Source: Tubiluchus corallicola (lineage: Eukaryota; Animalia; Priapulida). From it: DNA of 59,945 nucleotides. The stretch is taken from contig JAQGDQ010001136.1 of NCBI GenBank assembly GCA_030141605.1, forward strand, positions 1 to 59,945. The letters run 5' to 3'. Under the pieces are notes generated by a model, which did no database searches, was not told the origin of the DNA, and worked only from the letters and a program-made list of their open reading frames with translations. Positions 21,838 to 34,568 of this stretch are shown here, piece by piece (within the stretch, counting starts at the first letter, position 1; every line of letters starts with the position of its first letter). Both the position numbers and the translations under genes were made by a program.

Positions 21838-22615
21838 GTATGAAACCGTTTAAATGTAACTAGAGGGGTGGTCAGTAGAGGGCCATGCTTGCCCTACTTT
21901 ACAATGCGCTGGTAAAAATTGTTTTCTGATGTGCAAAGAGATTCTCACAAACTAAACTATTTACTTCCCCACAGACTAAACGTTACAACACCAGAAATAC
22001 CACCAAGTTTAAAAGTTTAAATGAAGACAGGATGATTTTTCACATACTACCCCTTTTTCAAATCCGAATAAAGTATACATTTTAACACAATTATTACTGT
22101 AAAAGCGTTTCTGATAATTAAATAATAGATTAAAAACTTATTTAATGGCGGGCGAGCCCAACTATTGATTTCATCACAAACTAGCATAATTTTTAACAAT
22201 AAGAACATTCCACGAGCGTGTTGCACGTGTTTGCGAAAGCGAAAATTGAAGTACAGCGTTACTGTAAGATACTCAGTATGTTGTACTAAAACTAGGCAAG
22301 GTTTAAGATAAAAATTCAAATTTTAAATTTTCTGTTGTGCACTACAAATTTTTACAGAACGACTCCCCGTTTAGTGACGTTTCGTTTCTATGACGATTTT
22401 TTTACTTTGCTCGAAGCCAGTTTTTATTTTATTACAAACTTTTTTATTTAATGTGATGCATTAAACCATTACGTATTGCGTTATTCTGTTCCAGAAATGG
22501 ACTAGTAACGTTAACAGTGCAATTATTATACAAGTACGATGATGATGGCAGTTATTAAAATAGTGAAAGGTCTGTTGTTCCGCCATAATGATAAATTAAA
22601 ATTATTTATTTTCAG

Positions 22616-22729
22616 AAATTAACGAATGTCTTTCCTCTCCCTGCCTTCACGGTGCTAACTGTATTGATGACGTTGGTCATTATACCTGTCATTGTTCACC
22701 TGGCTTCACCGGAATTAACTGTGAAACAG
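22616..22729 (+). CDS. cbEGF exon 12 EINECLSSPCLHGANCIDDVGHYTCHCSPGFTGINCET
   Basis: tttcag acceptor, G|gtatag donor, 114 nt. Confidence 0.92.
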
Positions 22730-23479
22730 GTATAGAAGAAACAGAACTGTTGGCACAAGCACTACTTCAGCAGTTGTGTGCAGTCACGGGTGTCTGCAGT
22801 ATGTACACTAAATACACTTTTCATGTGCAAGAATTAAACTTTCCAAGTAACTTAAAGCACAAGAAACCCCCCCCCCCCCCATAAACATAAAGCTTAAAAA
22901 ATTCGTCTTGAAATTTTATATCACTTACATACTACCTGTAGTGGGTGCATAGGCCTTTTTTGGGTTTAATTTAGTTTTCAATTACTGCCACGGTGCTGCC
23001 ACCTGTTTGTTTATTTAGTAGGCATTTAGCTTTTTACAGTAGTCACTCTATTGAAATTGAAGCACCTAATATGCTTCAATAAATTAGCATTTTGGCCTTT
23101 CGTGAGCTATAGCTGTAGTAGTTGTATCAAATTCTACCCGTCTTTTGGTTCTCTCCGCCATTACTCTATTTTTCTGACTGTGATGAGCATTATGACTGTG
23201 AATTTCTTAAAAATTTATTGTTGTGACGTCGTTGTTCTTAAGGCTACTTGCAGTTCTCATTCCTGTCTTTGTAACTGTTAAAGGGTCTAAATTCGTAAGT
23301 TATTATTAATTAACTTCAATATAGTCTACGTAATTTTTATATCAGTTCTTAGTTATAGCAATACATTTAATCATGCAACTAATTTTCTTCTATTCAATGC
23401 AAATTAAACTAAATGCTAATAATTGTATTTCAGAATAAAGAAACTTTTGGTCAACACGTTAAACTGGTGTTTTGTATCC

Positions 23480-25220
23480 ATTTCACTACCTTTTTACATA
23501 CTGGATTTCAATCATCACGCTGTTTAAAACATGTAAATTTAAACTCCCGCGACGACCGTTAGACGCAGCCATTTTGATGATAAGCAGGGTGCATAAGATT
23601 ATGGATATGTATTTTATAAATAAAACAGCTTATTTTATAGATTTTTGAAATTTCATTTTATGTATATCAATAAAATAAGAAATAGACTATATCTGGAACG
23701 AGATGCCCAGGGGGAAATCAATTAAAAAGTAAAAACAGGAGTGCTTGAAACGTGTTTTTAAACATGCAGGACTTAGTTTTAAATTTATCGGTTTCATATC
23801 AATTCAAATTTAATCAAATTTTACGAGACAATGCCTTGTAATTCATCACTTCAGTTCAAATAATTCATCTATTTGGTACGAATGTAGAATGTCCTCTAGG
23901 CTGAAGTTTCCGATCCAATGCCTGCATTCAGTTTTGATTGCCTTATTTTGTACAGAAAATCACAAAAAAAAAATTTTTTTTTATTTTATGCATTTCTTAT
24001 TTTATGGATTTTTCAAATTTTATTTTATGGATTTTTGGTCTTATTTTATGGATATCCATAATCTTATGCAGCCTGATGATATGTCATTTAAAACAAGTTC
24101 AGATAACATTGAGTAAAGTTTGAAAAAATAATCAGAGCATTCATAGAGCTCACGTCACTAATTGAGTAAAATTTGAAATTACAGTATGTTGGCAATAAGA
24201 TTAAAAATACGTTTTTGGTTAGTGAGTGGTGCACCCTGGAGGGTGAGTCAACAACATTTTACCAATTGGTGAAAACATATTAAATAATCAATAATTTTCT
24301 TTTCTAGTTACATAAGTCTTTCCAGCAGGTAAGTGAAATGCTAAGTAATATAGATTTGCATGAAAAGTTTTCTGGGACATAATTTTACGTTTCCTTTTCT
24401 TCCCCTGATTTACGTTGCGCTTGCGTAGTGACGTCATGTAATGGCGACTTCGGAACAGTATTGCGGGAGATTTAAAATGAAAACAAACAAAAAATCCTTT
24501 CAGTGCGAGTTCGATATACGTATAAAGTATTATAATTTTTAACGCAAAACCTATTTCAGGTACCCCTTTTCTTTGTCCTTTAAAGGAAATTTTAAAGCAT
24601 GCACCAAAAAACTTTCCACACAAAGTTATATTACTTAACATTATGCTTACCTGTTTGAAATTCTTATGTAACTAGAAAAAAATTCTTAAATTGAAATGTT
24701 CGCTGTAATTGGTAAGACCTCACTGACACATCTTCCCAATATGCACCACTGACTCACCTTCCCAGTGTGCACCGTACTGATTCATCAAGAAAACACATTA
24801 TTGATCTTACTGACAAGATACAGTAATTTAATTAGTGAAGAATGTTATAATAATGCTCTGATTATTTTTTCAAACATTTTGCAATGTTATCTAAACTTGT
24901 TTCAAATGATTTATCATCAAAATGGCTGCGTCTAACGGTCATCGCAGGAGTTTAAATTTACATGTTTTATACAGCGTGACTGCCGACTGAAGTCCTGTGT
25001 GCAAAAAGGCAGTATGTAAGTGATATAAAATTTCAAGACGAATTTTTTAAGCTTTATGTTTATGGAGGGTTTCCTTTGAACAACTAAGCGTCAAAATGGC
25101 GCTGCGAAACGGTTCCTCTGAGAGTTTTAAGTTTACAAGTTTTATACAGCGTTAGTGCTAATACGGGCTCTGTGTCCAAAAATTTTTTGCCTTGATGAAA
25201 GCATTCTTATGCTTTAAAAA
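23480..25220. mobile_element. Head-to-head pair of family C elements meeting at TTAA (~24580)
   Basis: Minus copy ~23480-24579 (interrupted by the hAT MITE), plus copy ~24584-25220. Confidence 0.65.
23585..24075. mobile_element. hAT-like MITE nested in a TTAA-family element
   Basis: 24-bp TIR cagggtgcataagattatggatat (1 mismatch); 8-bp TSD atgataag / atgatatg. Confidence 0.85.
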
Positions 25221-26679
25221 TACACAAATTCACTGAATTCACTTCACCCATTGGCCGTATGTTTGTGCAGCACTGAGATGCATCCTTGTCAGTCAGTATA
25301 ATATTCACGTATTCAAGGTTAAGCAAGCAAACAGTCAGAAAGTTTACAAATGGGACGCGTTGAGAAGGCCCGAACTGTGTAATCGTTAGATGTTGATAAT
25401 ATTGGACTGAATTCGACTCACGGGGTCGAACTCCAAGATGGCATAGAGGTCTTGATATTGCGCATCATGAAGATCCATTTTACTATCGTTGTGTAACTAC
25501 TTAACTACAAATGGTAATTTTAATTACAAATGTTATGCTAATTAACTAAGTTAATGTCTGTAAACTATACACAAAAACTGCACTGTACGGAGTTTATTAA
25601 CAGCACTAATAAAAATAGGGAACAAAATACACGTACACAAAAAATAACTAACTAACTCAGTAACAGCACTACACCCGAGGAGCACCTGTGTCAGAAATCA
25701 AGGCTGTAGTGACCTCTACACGCGTTTATACTGGCATTCCAGGTCAGCTGGCTTCTCACATCACGTGTAGGCCCAAACAAGACGTCTGGACCTACAAGAA
25801 AGGGGTGAGTCGCTGCTGACGTGGAAGCAGGGCGTGTAGAGGACCCTACACCTGACCCGACACAGGTGCCTCCGTAACAGTATTAAACTTGCATGAGCTC
25901 TTCTCTATGGCTGTGCGCTTCCTGGCAGTTGAAAATTCAATTCAATTCAATTTTATTTTCTCAATAGCAGTTAAAATTCGTCATAATTATTTTTACATTT
26001 CATTGCAGCTGAGAAGGAGCAGCGAAAGACCTATTGGTCACTTGGTCAGCTGCCCCTTATTAAAAATACAAGTTTACTTAGGTGTTTGTGTATATATAAA
26101 AGGCAAAAACAACAAAAATCTACTCAAAGCAAAAATGCATTTCCACTCAGAATAAAAGGAAGTTATCACAAGCGATGCAAAACGGAATTTAACTTATAGC
26201 AAAAAATTATATCAAACAAAATGAAACTCAAAGCGAAAATTTTATAAAGCAAAAGCAGCTCAACTGAAGGTAAAAGAATTTGTCAAAACCAAAGCAAAGC
26301 AGAATTCAGCGTAGGGCAAAAATTATATCACACAAAAGCAACAAAATCAAACTCAAAGAGAAAATTTTATAAAACAAACGCAATTCAACTGAAAACGAAA
26401 GAAATTATCACAAGCGAAGCAAAACAGGATTCACTTAGGAATGAACAGGTTCAGTGCCGTTCAGCAGACATGAACTTGTATAACAATCTCGGTCTTTTTA
26501 CTTACTAATCTTAGGTAGATCTGCTAGTTCTGTTGCACTGTGTGCTCCTTGCTGACTTCCTGACCTGCAAGAGGGCACTCCAAAAATACCGAAGCCTTTC
26601 TAGTTCCGACAAAAAATAGCCAACAAGCTTTTTTCCTTGCATACGTGAATATAAGTGTGTTACTGCTTAACAGTAAAAG

Positions 26680-27040
26680 AGGATCTGTTGAACTATGTTA
26701 AAAGCGTTAGGTTATGATAGATAATTATGCTGATGTATGCTGGTATGAAGCCCAGTTAAGGTGTGGTGTCACGTGATCAAGTGATTCAGAACCGAAACCT
26801 AGGCGTCGATGCTTCGAAGCTCGGCGCACGATATTAGCCTTGTGATGCGCCCAGCTCAGGCGATTGAGTCTGGAGCTGAAGGAGAGCAGCCTAGATCAGG
26901 GGGGTTGGCATTACTATTATTTATTGTGTTTGATGTTCAATAAACGTGTAGTTTTATAATCTGACTCTTCATAGTTTTGCCATCCCTAAAACACCAACAA
27001 TCAGCTATACAGAAACAACACAACGAATTATTTTACTTTA
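26680..27040 (+). mobile_element. LTR-like repeat family A, copy 2
   Basis: Near-identical to 5038-5408, TATA motif altered. Confidence 0.65.
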
Positions 27041-27114
27041 ACTATTTTTAGTATTTCAAAAATAGTGCACGTTGCTTGCGAGTTAGAAACTGCTTAATAT
27101 TATTGTTTTTTTAG

Positions 27115-27228
27115 ATTTGCAAGAATGTCTATCACTTCCTTGCCAAAATGGCGGTAGCTGCCACGATGCGGTCAACTCTTACACCTGCGTATGTCTACCT
27201 GGTTATACTGGGACTAACTGTGAAACAA
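27115..27228 (+). CDS. cbEGF exon 13 [38 protein letters not shown]
   Basis: ttttag acceptor, A|gtgagc donor, 114 nt. Confidence 0.91.
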
Positions 27229-27294
27229 GTGAGCATACTTTTACTCCCTCTAAGACTTACATTAATGGAATTGTAACCATTATCTTGTGCTCAC

Positions 27295-29095
27295 TTGAAG
27301 GTTTAGTTTGACTTTGTGTGTATAAAATTGATTGTTTTGTTTCTGTGTTTAAGTTAAGTGTGAAAGCATCAACCCTAAAGTCTTACTTACTTAATCTGTC
27401 TTAAATTATTTGCTTAACTAACATTAAATTTCATCTGCTAGTCAGTTTACTGGTAATATTACCCCATCACAACTAGGCTTATTATTTACAGTGTCATTGA
27501 AGGTTTAGTTTGACTTTGTTTGCATAAAATTGATTGTTTTGTTTCTGTGTTTGAGTTAAGTGTGAAAGCGTCGACCATAATGTCTTACTTACTTAATCTG
27601 TCTTAAATTATTTGCTTAACTAACGTTAAATTTCATCTGCTAGACAGTTTACCGGTAATATTGCCCCATCACAACTAGGCTTATTATTTACAGTGTCATT
27701 GAAGGTTTAGTTTGACTTTGTTTGCATAAAATTGATTGTTTTGTTTCTGTGTTTAAGTTAAGTGTGAAAGCGTCGACCCTAAAGTCTTACTTACTTAATC
27801 TGTCTTAAATTATTTGCTTAACTAACGTTAAATTTCATCTGCTAGACAGTTTACTGGTAATATTGCCCCATCACAACTAGGCTTATTATTTACAGTGTCA
27901 TTGAAGGTTTAGTTTGACTTTGTTTGCATAAAATTGATTGTTTTGTTTCTGTGTTTAAGTTAAGTGTGAAAGCATCGACTCTAAAGTCTTACTTGCTTAA
28001 TCTGTCTTAAATTATTTGCTTAACTAACATTAAATTTCATCTGCTAGTCAGTTTACTGGTAATATTGCCCCATCACAACTAGGCTTATTATTTACAGTGT
28101 CATTGAAGGTTTAGTTTGACTTTGTTTGCATAAAATTGATTGTTTTGTTTCTGTGTTTAAGTTAAGTGTGAAAGCGTCGACCCTAAAGTCTTACTTACTT
28201 AATCTGTCTTAAATTATTTGCTTAACTAGCGTTAAATTTCATCTGCTAGACAGTTTACTGGTAATATTGCCCCATCACAACTAGGCTTATTATTTACAGT
28301 GTCATTGAAGGTTTAGTTTGACTTTGTTTGCATAAAATTGATTGTTTTGTTTCTGTGTTTAAGTTAAGTGTGAAAGCATCGACCCTAAAGTCTTACTTAC
28401 TTAATCTGTCTTAAATTATTTGCTTAACTAACGTTAAATTTCATCTGCTAGACAGTTTACTGGTAATATTGCCCCATCACAACTAGGCTTATTATTTACA
28501 GTGTCATTGAAGGTTTAGTTTGACTTTGTTTGTGTAAACTTGATTGTTTTGTTTCTGTGTTTGAGTTAAGTGTGAAAGCATGGACCCTAAAGTCTTACTT
28601 ACTTAATCTGTCTTAAATTATTTGCTTAACTAACATTAAATTTCATCTGCTAGTCAGTTTACTGGTAATATTACCCCATCACAACTAGGCTTATTATTTA
28701 CAGTGTCATTGAAGGTTCAGTTTGACTTTGTTTGTGTAAAATTGATTGTTTTGTTTCTGTGTTTAAGTTAAGTGTGAAAGCGTCGACCCTAAAGTCTTAC
28801 TTACTTAATCTGTCTTAAATTATTTGCTTAACTAACGTTAAATTTCATCTGCTAGACAGTTTACTGGTAATATTGCCCCATCACAACTAGGCTTATTATT
28901 TACAGTGTCATTGAAGGTTTAGTTTGACTTTGTTTGCATAAAATTGATTGTTTTGTTTCTGTGTTTAAGTTAAGTGTGAAAGCGTCGACCCTAAAGTCTT
29001 ACTTACTTAATCTGTCTTAAATTATTTGCTTAACTAACGTTAAATTTCATCTGCTAGACAGTTTACTGGTAATATTGCCCCATCACAACGCTAGG
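27295..29095 (+). repeat. 202-bp tandem satellite, left block (~9 units)
   Basis: cattgaagg recurs at 27495, 27697, 27899 and onward. Confidence 0.95.
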
Positions 29096-30775
29096 TACTT
29101 GTACCTTCTGCAGTTTCTTTTATTAAGTTTTCATGATTTTATATATTCACGAACAAAGCAGCTCTGATATTGTACACCTTCCTATGGGTAATTTTACTAG
29201 TTATATCACGACCTCTATTCTCGATAGATTGATCGTATAGTTTATCTAGCCGTATCGAGTGATCATGAATTAATCGTATAGATTTTATCGATTTTTTTGA
29301 TTTTATAGATTCGCTTCCCGTTCGCTATGAGGTGATTGTTCGAATCTCAGTCACCTGACTCCGAGGGCTTTAGTTCAGTCTGTCAGGCAATGATGATGTC
29401 CTTCAAGACTTTCACTTCTACCTTGCATTGTGAGTGGAGGCCTATTTCCCTCAAGTTAACAAGCGTCGCTCCCGCAATTGAGCTTTCTTAAGTACAATGC
29501 GAATCTCTCAAGTTCGTATCTAGGATTTAGTGTTGCTTTACTGTGAACGCTCTTAATCATACAAGAACTCGTTGTCTGCATTACTACAGTGAACAGACTT
29601 TATTGATTACAATTTCACGTTATCTACTCTGGCTCTTCTGTACAAGATTTGTCCTTATACACCGGTGGGCACTTACAACTAGAGTATAGCTCCAGAGAAG
29701 ATGCTATTCACTTTAAGTACTAACAATTCAATATGCTGCACTGAAGGTGCTTAATACAATGTGACTGCTACAGTTATACAGATTTAGACTAAGATACAAT
29801 TAAGTTGAAATCACTTAACTTGTGGATTGACCAATGTACCCTTACACTTGGTCAAATCCTGATTGCTTATCGAGACCAAGTCGCACCAGTGCTCAGTCTT
29901 GGCTAAGAACGTAGAATCCGATCCACGCTGGGGTAAATGCTGCTTCTGTCTTGTAGAAGTTCGTCCCGGACACACGGTGTGGTTACAAGCCACCTGTCAG
30001 ACTCCCTCGCTTGGTTGGTATGTGACACTCGTCGTGTCGCCCCGTAGCGTGCTTTTCGTGTCGCACACCGTCGTGTGTAATTCTCTAGTATCTTACCAGA
30101 GCTTATATCTCTGAGAGCTGACCTTCGATGATATTGCACCATATGACAACATCTGCCGCATCTGCCACCTCCCGTCAAGCGACTTCTGATTTTACAATCA
30201 GTAATGAGTTCTCTTAAATTCCATCGTCTTTGAGATCTTCCTACCATCGTCGACAAATCTTCAGATTTCTCTCTCTAATGTCGCTGAGCACTGATAGAGA
30301 CCTTGGCTGGTATCATAAAGTCACTTCTACGCGACATCTAAATCGCTCTAGAACCTCTCTTAATTAGTTCTAACTCTGCATGTATCCATTTAAGACAATA
30401 GTGTCTTCCTTAGACAAGACACCTGTATTTCTATAACACGTGTGACAATTGCATTAAATTCGTACTACCAGCTGGGTGAGTTTTCTGTCAACCGTGTAAA
30501 TTTATTTCATGAGGCATGAGTTTATCAACTGAATCTAATTCAGCTGATAACTCCATTAATTTTATTCCAAAATACATATTTATAAATTTGTTCATAACAG
30601 TTATACCACTACTGTAGAAGTCAAACAAATACATACAGAGATTATAATAAGTACTAACATAATTATATTTCCAAAAACAAAGAACTACTATTAGGTGGCA
30701 TGTACACTTTTTTATCTGCAATATGCCCAACCTTTTTTCACTCCGACTACAGAGGTCACGGGACCTCTACAGCTA

Positions 30776-31654
30776 CTATTTGCAAAAGATTAGTTCTTTA
30801 AAAGCATTTCTGAAGTTTTTATTTGAGGCAGCATAAATAATTGGGTTTGCTGCACTATTGCAGAATGCTACGTATGCAAGTATTTCATAAACTTCTTTTG
30901 AAACATCCGTGAACTCATACTCAGTAATCCAGATGATGAACATTAGTGAGTTCACTGGTCCCCAACAAATGATAAACATCAGCAGCACAATAACCAAAGT
31001 TTTGGTTGCTTTCATATCTCTTATGTTAACTCTTGTGTGTGCATCAATAGCATGTATTTGCAAGAGATGTCTGCGCGCCACTCTCCATATTGCGGTGTAT
31101 ACGAGCAGCATGGCAAACATTGGAATGACAAAAAATGCGATTGCCATTACACCCCATATGGTTTGCTCAATTTCCGGGTCACCAACAGAGAAGAGTGCTG
31201 CTATTGCTGTAATAATTGATAGAAAACAAACAACAAACAGTCCAGTTGCCACAGAGGTTTTCGTCACGTACATGATATATTTCAATGGATGTATAATAGA
31301 CAGATATCTTTCAACAGCTATTAAACATAGATGCATTGCACTGGCATTGGTCACGCATGAGGTGATTGCATCTTTAGTAATCAATAGAGCCAGGTAATAT
31401 TTGTCCCGTAACAATGTGATCAAGTCTAGAGGAACAGTGAAACCAATTATCAAGTCAGTAATGGCCAGCGAGCCAATCAGTACATTAGTTTTTGTCCGTA
31501 GATATTCAAACTTGTACACTGAGATAATCACCAACAAATTACCAACAATTATAGCAACGTCTGTGACAATGTACAATGATGCCATTATAAAATTGTAAAC
31601 CGCGTTTTCATGCAGCGTCTGATTTCCTCTCGTTATGTTATTCATTGGCAACAT
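30776..31654 (-). CDS. Intronless class A (rhodopsin-like) orphan GPCR, 292 aa, nested antisense in intron 13
   Basis: Seven hydrophobic segments; GN (TM1), LAITD (TM2), ERY (TM3), CWGP (TM6), NPIIY (TM7), FRNAF helix 8, N-terminal sequons NIT and NQT, C-terminal Cys. Confidence 0.93.
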   Translation of the reverse strand: MLPMNNITRGNQTLHENAVYNFIMASLYIVTDVAIIVGNLLVIISVYKFEYLRTKTNVLIGSLAITDLIIGFTVPLDLITLLRDKYYLALLITKDAITSCVTNASAMHLCLIAVERYLSIIHPLKYIMYVTKTSVATGLFVVCFLSIITAIAALFSVGDPEIEQTIWGVMAIAFFVIPMFAMLLVYTAIWRVARRHLLQIHAIDAHTRVNIRDMKATKTLVIVLLMFIICWGPVNSLMFIIWITEYEFTDVSKEVYEILAYVAFCNSAANPIIYAASNKNFRNAFKELIFCK

Positions 31655-31714
31655 TTTTAGTCCTGTATTGCTAGATTAGCAAAAGCTGTTATTAATTTTT
31701 GAAAACGTTTTATA

Positions 31715-32209
31715 GGTTTTACACGTCAAAAGTAGACCTGCGTTAACTCAAAAGTAGATTTAGGTAATTCAAATGTGTCTTGGTAACTCAAATGTAGACT
31801 TAGGTAGTTCAAATGTGTTAACAATGGTTTTCAACAAATCTTAAGCAGTTTTGGTAAGTCAGATGTAGACACATGTCAAGTCAAATGTGACATTGGTAGC
31901 TCAAATGTGGATAGGTGGTAAAGCTTAAGGATGTTAAATTTAATCTTCTTTAATTTCGATTTAAAAATTGCTCTTAAGTTAAAATAACAACGTTGTAGGC
32001 CTACTAATAGATGCACTATCTTTGGTTTATCTTTTACTAATTTGCACTTAAATAACTTAATTACCGATTTATTCAAAGTAATGCATCTACATTTGACTTA
32101 TCTAAGTCACATTTGAGTTACCAAAACACATTCGAAATTCCTATGTCTACATTTGACTTACCTAAGTCACAATTTTACTTTCCTGTGTCTACATTTGACG
32201 TGTAAAACC
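31715..32209. mobile_element. Foldback-type MITE with TA flanks, ~60 bp upstream of the GPCR ATG
   Basis: TIR ggttttacacgtcaaaagtagac / gtctacatttgacgtgtaaaacc; internal inverted tcaaatgt subrepeats. Confidence 0.8.
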
Positions 32210-32824
32210 TATATATATGTGTCCTCGAACTACTTTAAATTCCGTTTAAGCTAGCCTGCATTTTTTCAAGTTTGTTTCTTTTCTGAATTATCACAACAGA
32301 CATAGTTTTGTATCATATTTAAGTGAGAGCAATGTTATCACTTAAAACACTAGGCAAGTCCTCGCTGTAGTTGTATCACTTAGCAATGAAAATGATAAAC
32401 TGATGTTGACTGTTACCATCAAACTTCTGTTATACGTCCTCGTGTCAAAATGCACTGCGAGTCTAATGGAAATTTTCTGTTTTAATCCCATTACGTTTGT
32501 CTAGGATGTTTTCTACCTGATGGAGTATATTGTCTTCTTCCCTATAGCATATCGAGAAAAGTGTAGTGAAGAGATTATAAGATGCAAAAGCTTATAATGG
32601 GCTTAGAGAGAATGCTGCGATAAAGAGCTTTAATATGTTGTATTAAAAGCTTTATCTAATCAGCCTTAAGCCTGTAAAAGCATTTTGAAAATAATGATGA
32701 TACTGCTGACATTTGCACTAACGTGTAACTACTGTTATTCTAAGCGAATTTGTACTGAAGGATTACTATCAAGCATACCATGTAAAAATGAAGCAAGCCA
32801 GTCGAATGCGAGTTTCTGTTGAAT

Positions 32825-33640
32825 CTTATTTACAGTGTCATTGAAGGTTTAGTTTGACTTTGTTTGTGTAAACTTGATTGTTTTGTTTCTGTGTTTGAGT
32901 TAAGTGTGAAAGCATGGACCCTAAAGTCTTACTTGCTTAATCTGCTTTAAATTATTTGCTTAACTAACGTTAAATTTCATCTGCTAGACAGTTTACTGGT
33001 AATATTGCCCCATCACAACTAGGCTTATTATTTACAGTGTCATTGAAGGTTTAGTTTGACTTTGTTTGCATAAAATTGATTGTTTTGTTTCTGTGTTTAA
33101 GTTAAGTGTGAAAGCATCGACTCTAAAGTCTTACTTGCTTAATCTGCCTTAAATTATTTGCTTAACTAACGTTAAATTTCATCTGCTAATCAGTTTACTG
33201 GTAATATTGCCCCATCACAACTAGGCTTATTATTTACAGTGTCATTGAAGGTTTAGTTTGACTTTGTTTGTGTAAAATTTATTGTTTTGTTTCTGTGTTT
33301 AAGTTAAGTGTGAAAGCATCAACCCTAAGGTCTTACTTACTTAATCTGCCTTAAATTATTTGCTTAACTAACGTTAAATTTCATCTGCTAGTCAGTTTAC
33401 CGGTAATATTGCTCCATCACAACTAGGCTTATTATTTACAGTGTCATTGAAGGTTTAGTTTGACTTTGTTTGCGTAAAATTGATTGTTTTGTTTCTGTGT
33501 TTGAGTTAAGTGTGAAAGCATCGACTCTAAGGTCTTACTTACTTAATCTGTCTTAAATTATTTGCTTAACTAACGTTAAATTTCATCTGCTAGTCAGTTT
33601 ACCGGTAATATTACCCCATCACAACTAGGCTTATTATTTC
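32825..33640 (+). repeat. 202-bp tandem satellite, right block (~4 units)
   Basis: Same unit as the left block. Confidence 0.95.
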
Positions 33641-34024
33641 AGTTAAGCCAAGCCATTCAGCAGTTTTTTCTATTGTAGCGAAGGACTATAGCAGCTTCTT
33701 GTAGTTTAAATTATTCTATTTGGTTCAATGTTTATTGACAATAACTTAAATTTGTAAACAAAGTAAGTTGACAAAAATTGCATACAGCTCATTTGCAGTA
33801 CTTGTTCAAAGTTTACATAGAGTATCGTTTTGCACATGCTTCTCTCTGATGTTTAACCGCTTTGCAGAAATTGCAGAGGAAAGTAGTATTTAGCCTGGCT
33901 TCCTTGTCATATTAATCCTATAGCTTAAACATCTGAGCTCATCTATCACTTTTTTATTGATCTGTATGAAGAGGTGTGGCAGCTGATCATTCTTGCAAAC
34001 ATTTCTGCTTGTTTTTCTTTGCAG

Positions 34025-34138
34025 ATATTGAAGAATGCTCATCGAATCCATGCCATCACAACGCTACCTGTCTTGACCACGTTAATTATTATTCTTGTCA
34101 ATGTTTACCTGGATATACAGGTGGCAATTGTGAAACAG
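34025..34138 (+). CDS. cbEGF exon 14 [37 protein letters not shown]
   Basis: ttgcag acceptor, G|gtatcg donor, 114 nt. Confidence 0.92.
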
Positions 34139-34244
34139 GTATCGCAGTTAATTCAATTACACTTTTTTATCATGTTTTCACTAGTATAATCTAGAAATTT
34201 GTAGTCACGTTGTTATCACATCCACAACTACTATTAGCATGTTT

Positions 34245-34568
34245 GATGTCATCGCTGTCATTGTCTTCGTCATCCTTTCATCGCTTTCGTCATCCATCTC
34301 TTCTTCATCGTCCTCCTCCTCCTCCTCCTCATCATCATCATCGCAATCACCATCATCGTCGTCATCATTGCCATCATCATCATCATCATCACCATCCTCA
34401 TCGTCATCATGATCAGCATCATCGCCATCTTCATTATCATCATCATGATCATGATGATGATGAACATCATCAACGTCGTCGTCATCGTCGCCGTCATCAC
34501 AGTTGTCGTCTGCACCACCATCATTATCATCGCTATTCTCATCATAATCGTTTTCGTTATCATCATAA
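34245..34568 (+). repeat. Degenerate (CAT/CGT)n microsatellite
   Basis: Direct reading. Confidence 0.9.

Noticed and set aside
29091-32824. Helitron as carrier of the GPCR segment
   Set aside because: A CTAG (29091) and a tiny ggtac/gtacc hairpin exist, but the CTAG overlaps the satellite's own tagg, and the A/T target, 5' TC and hairpin spacing do not fit.
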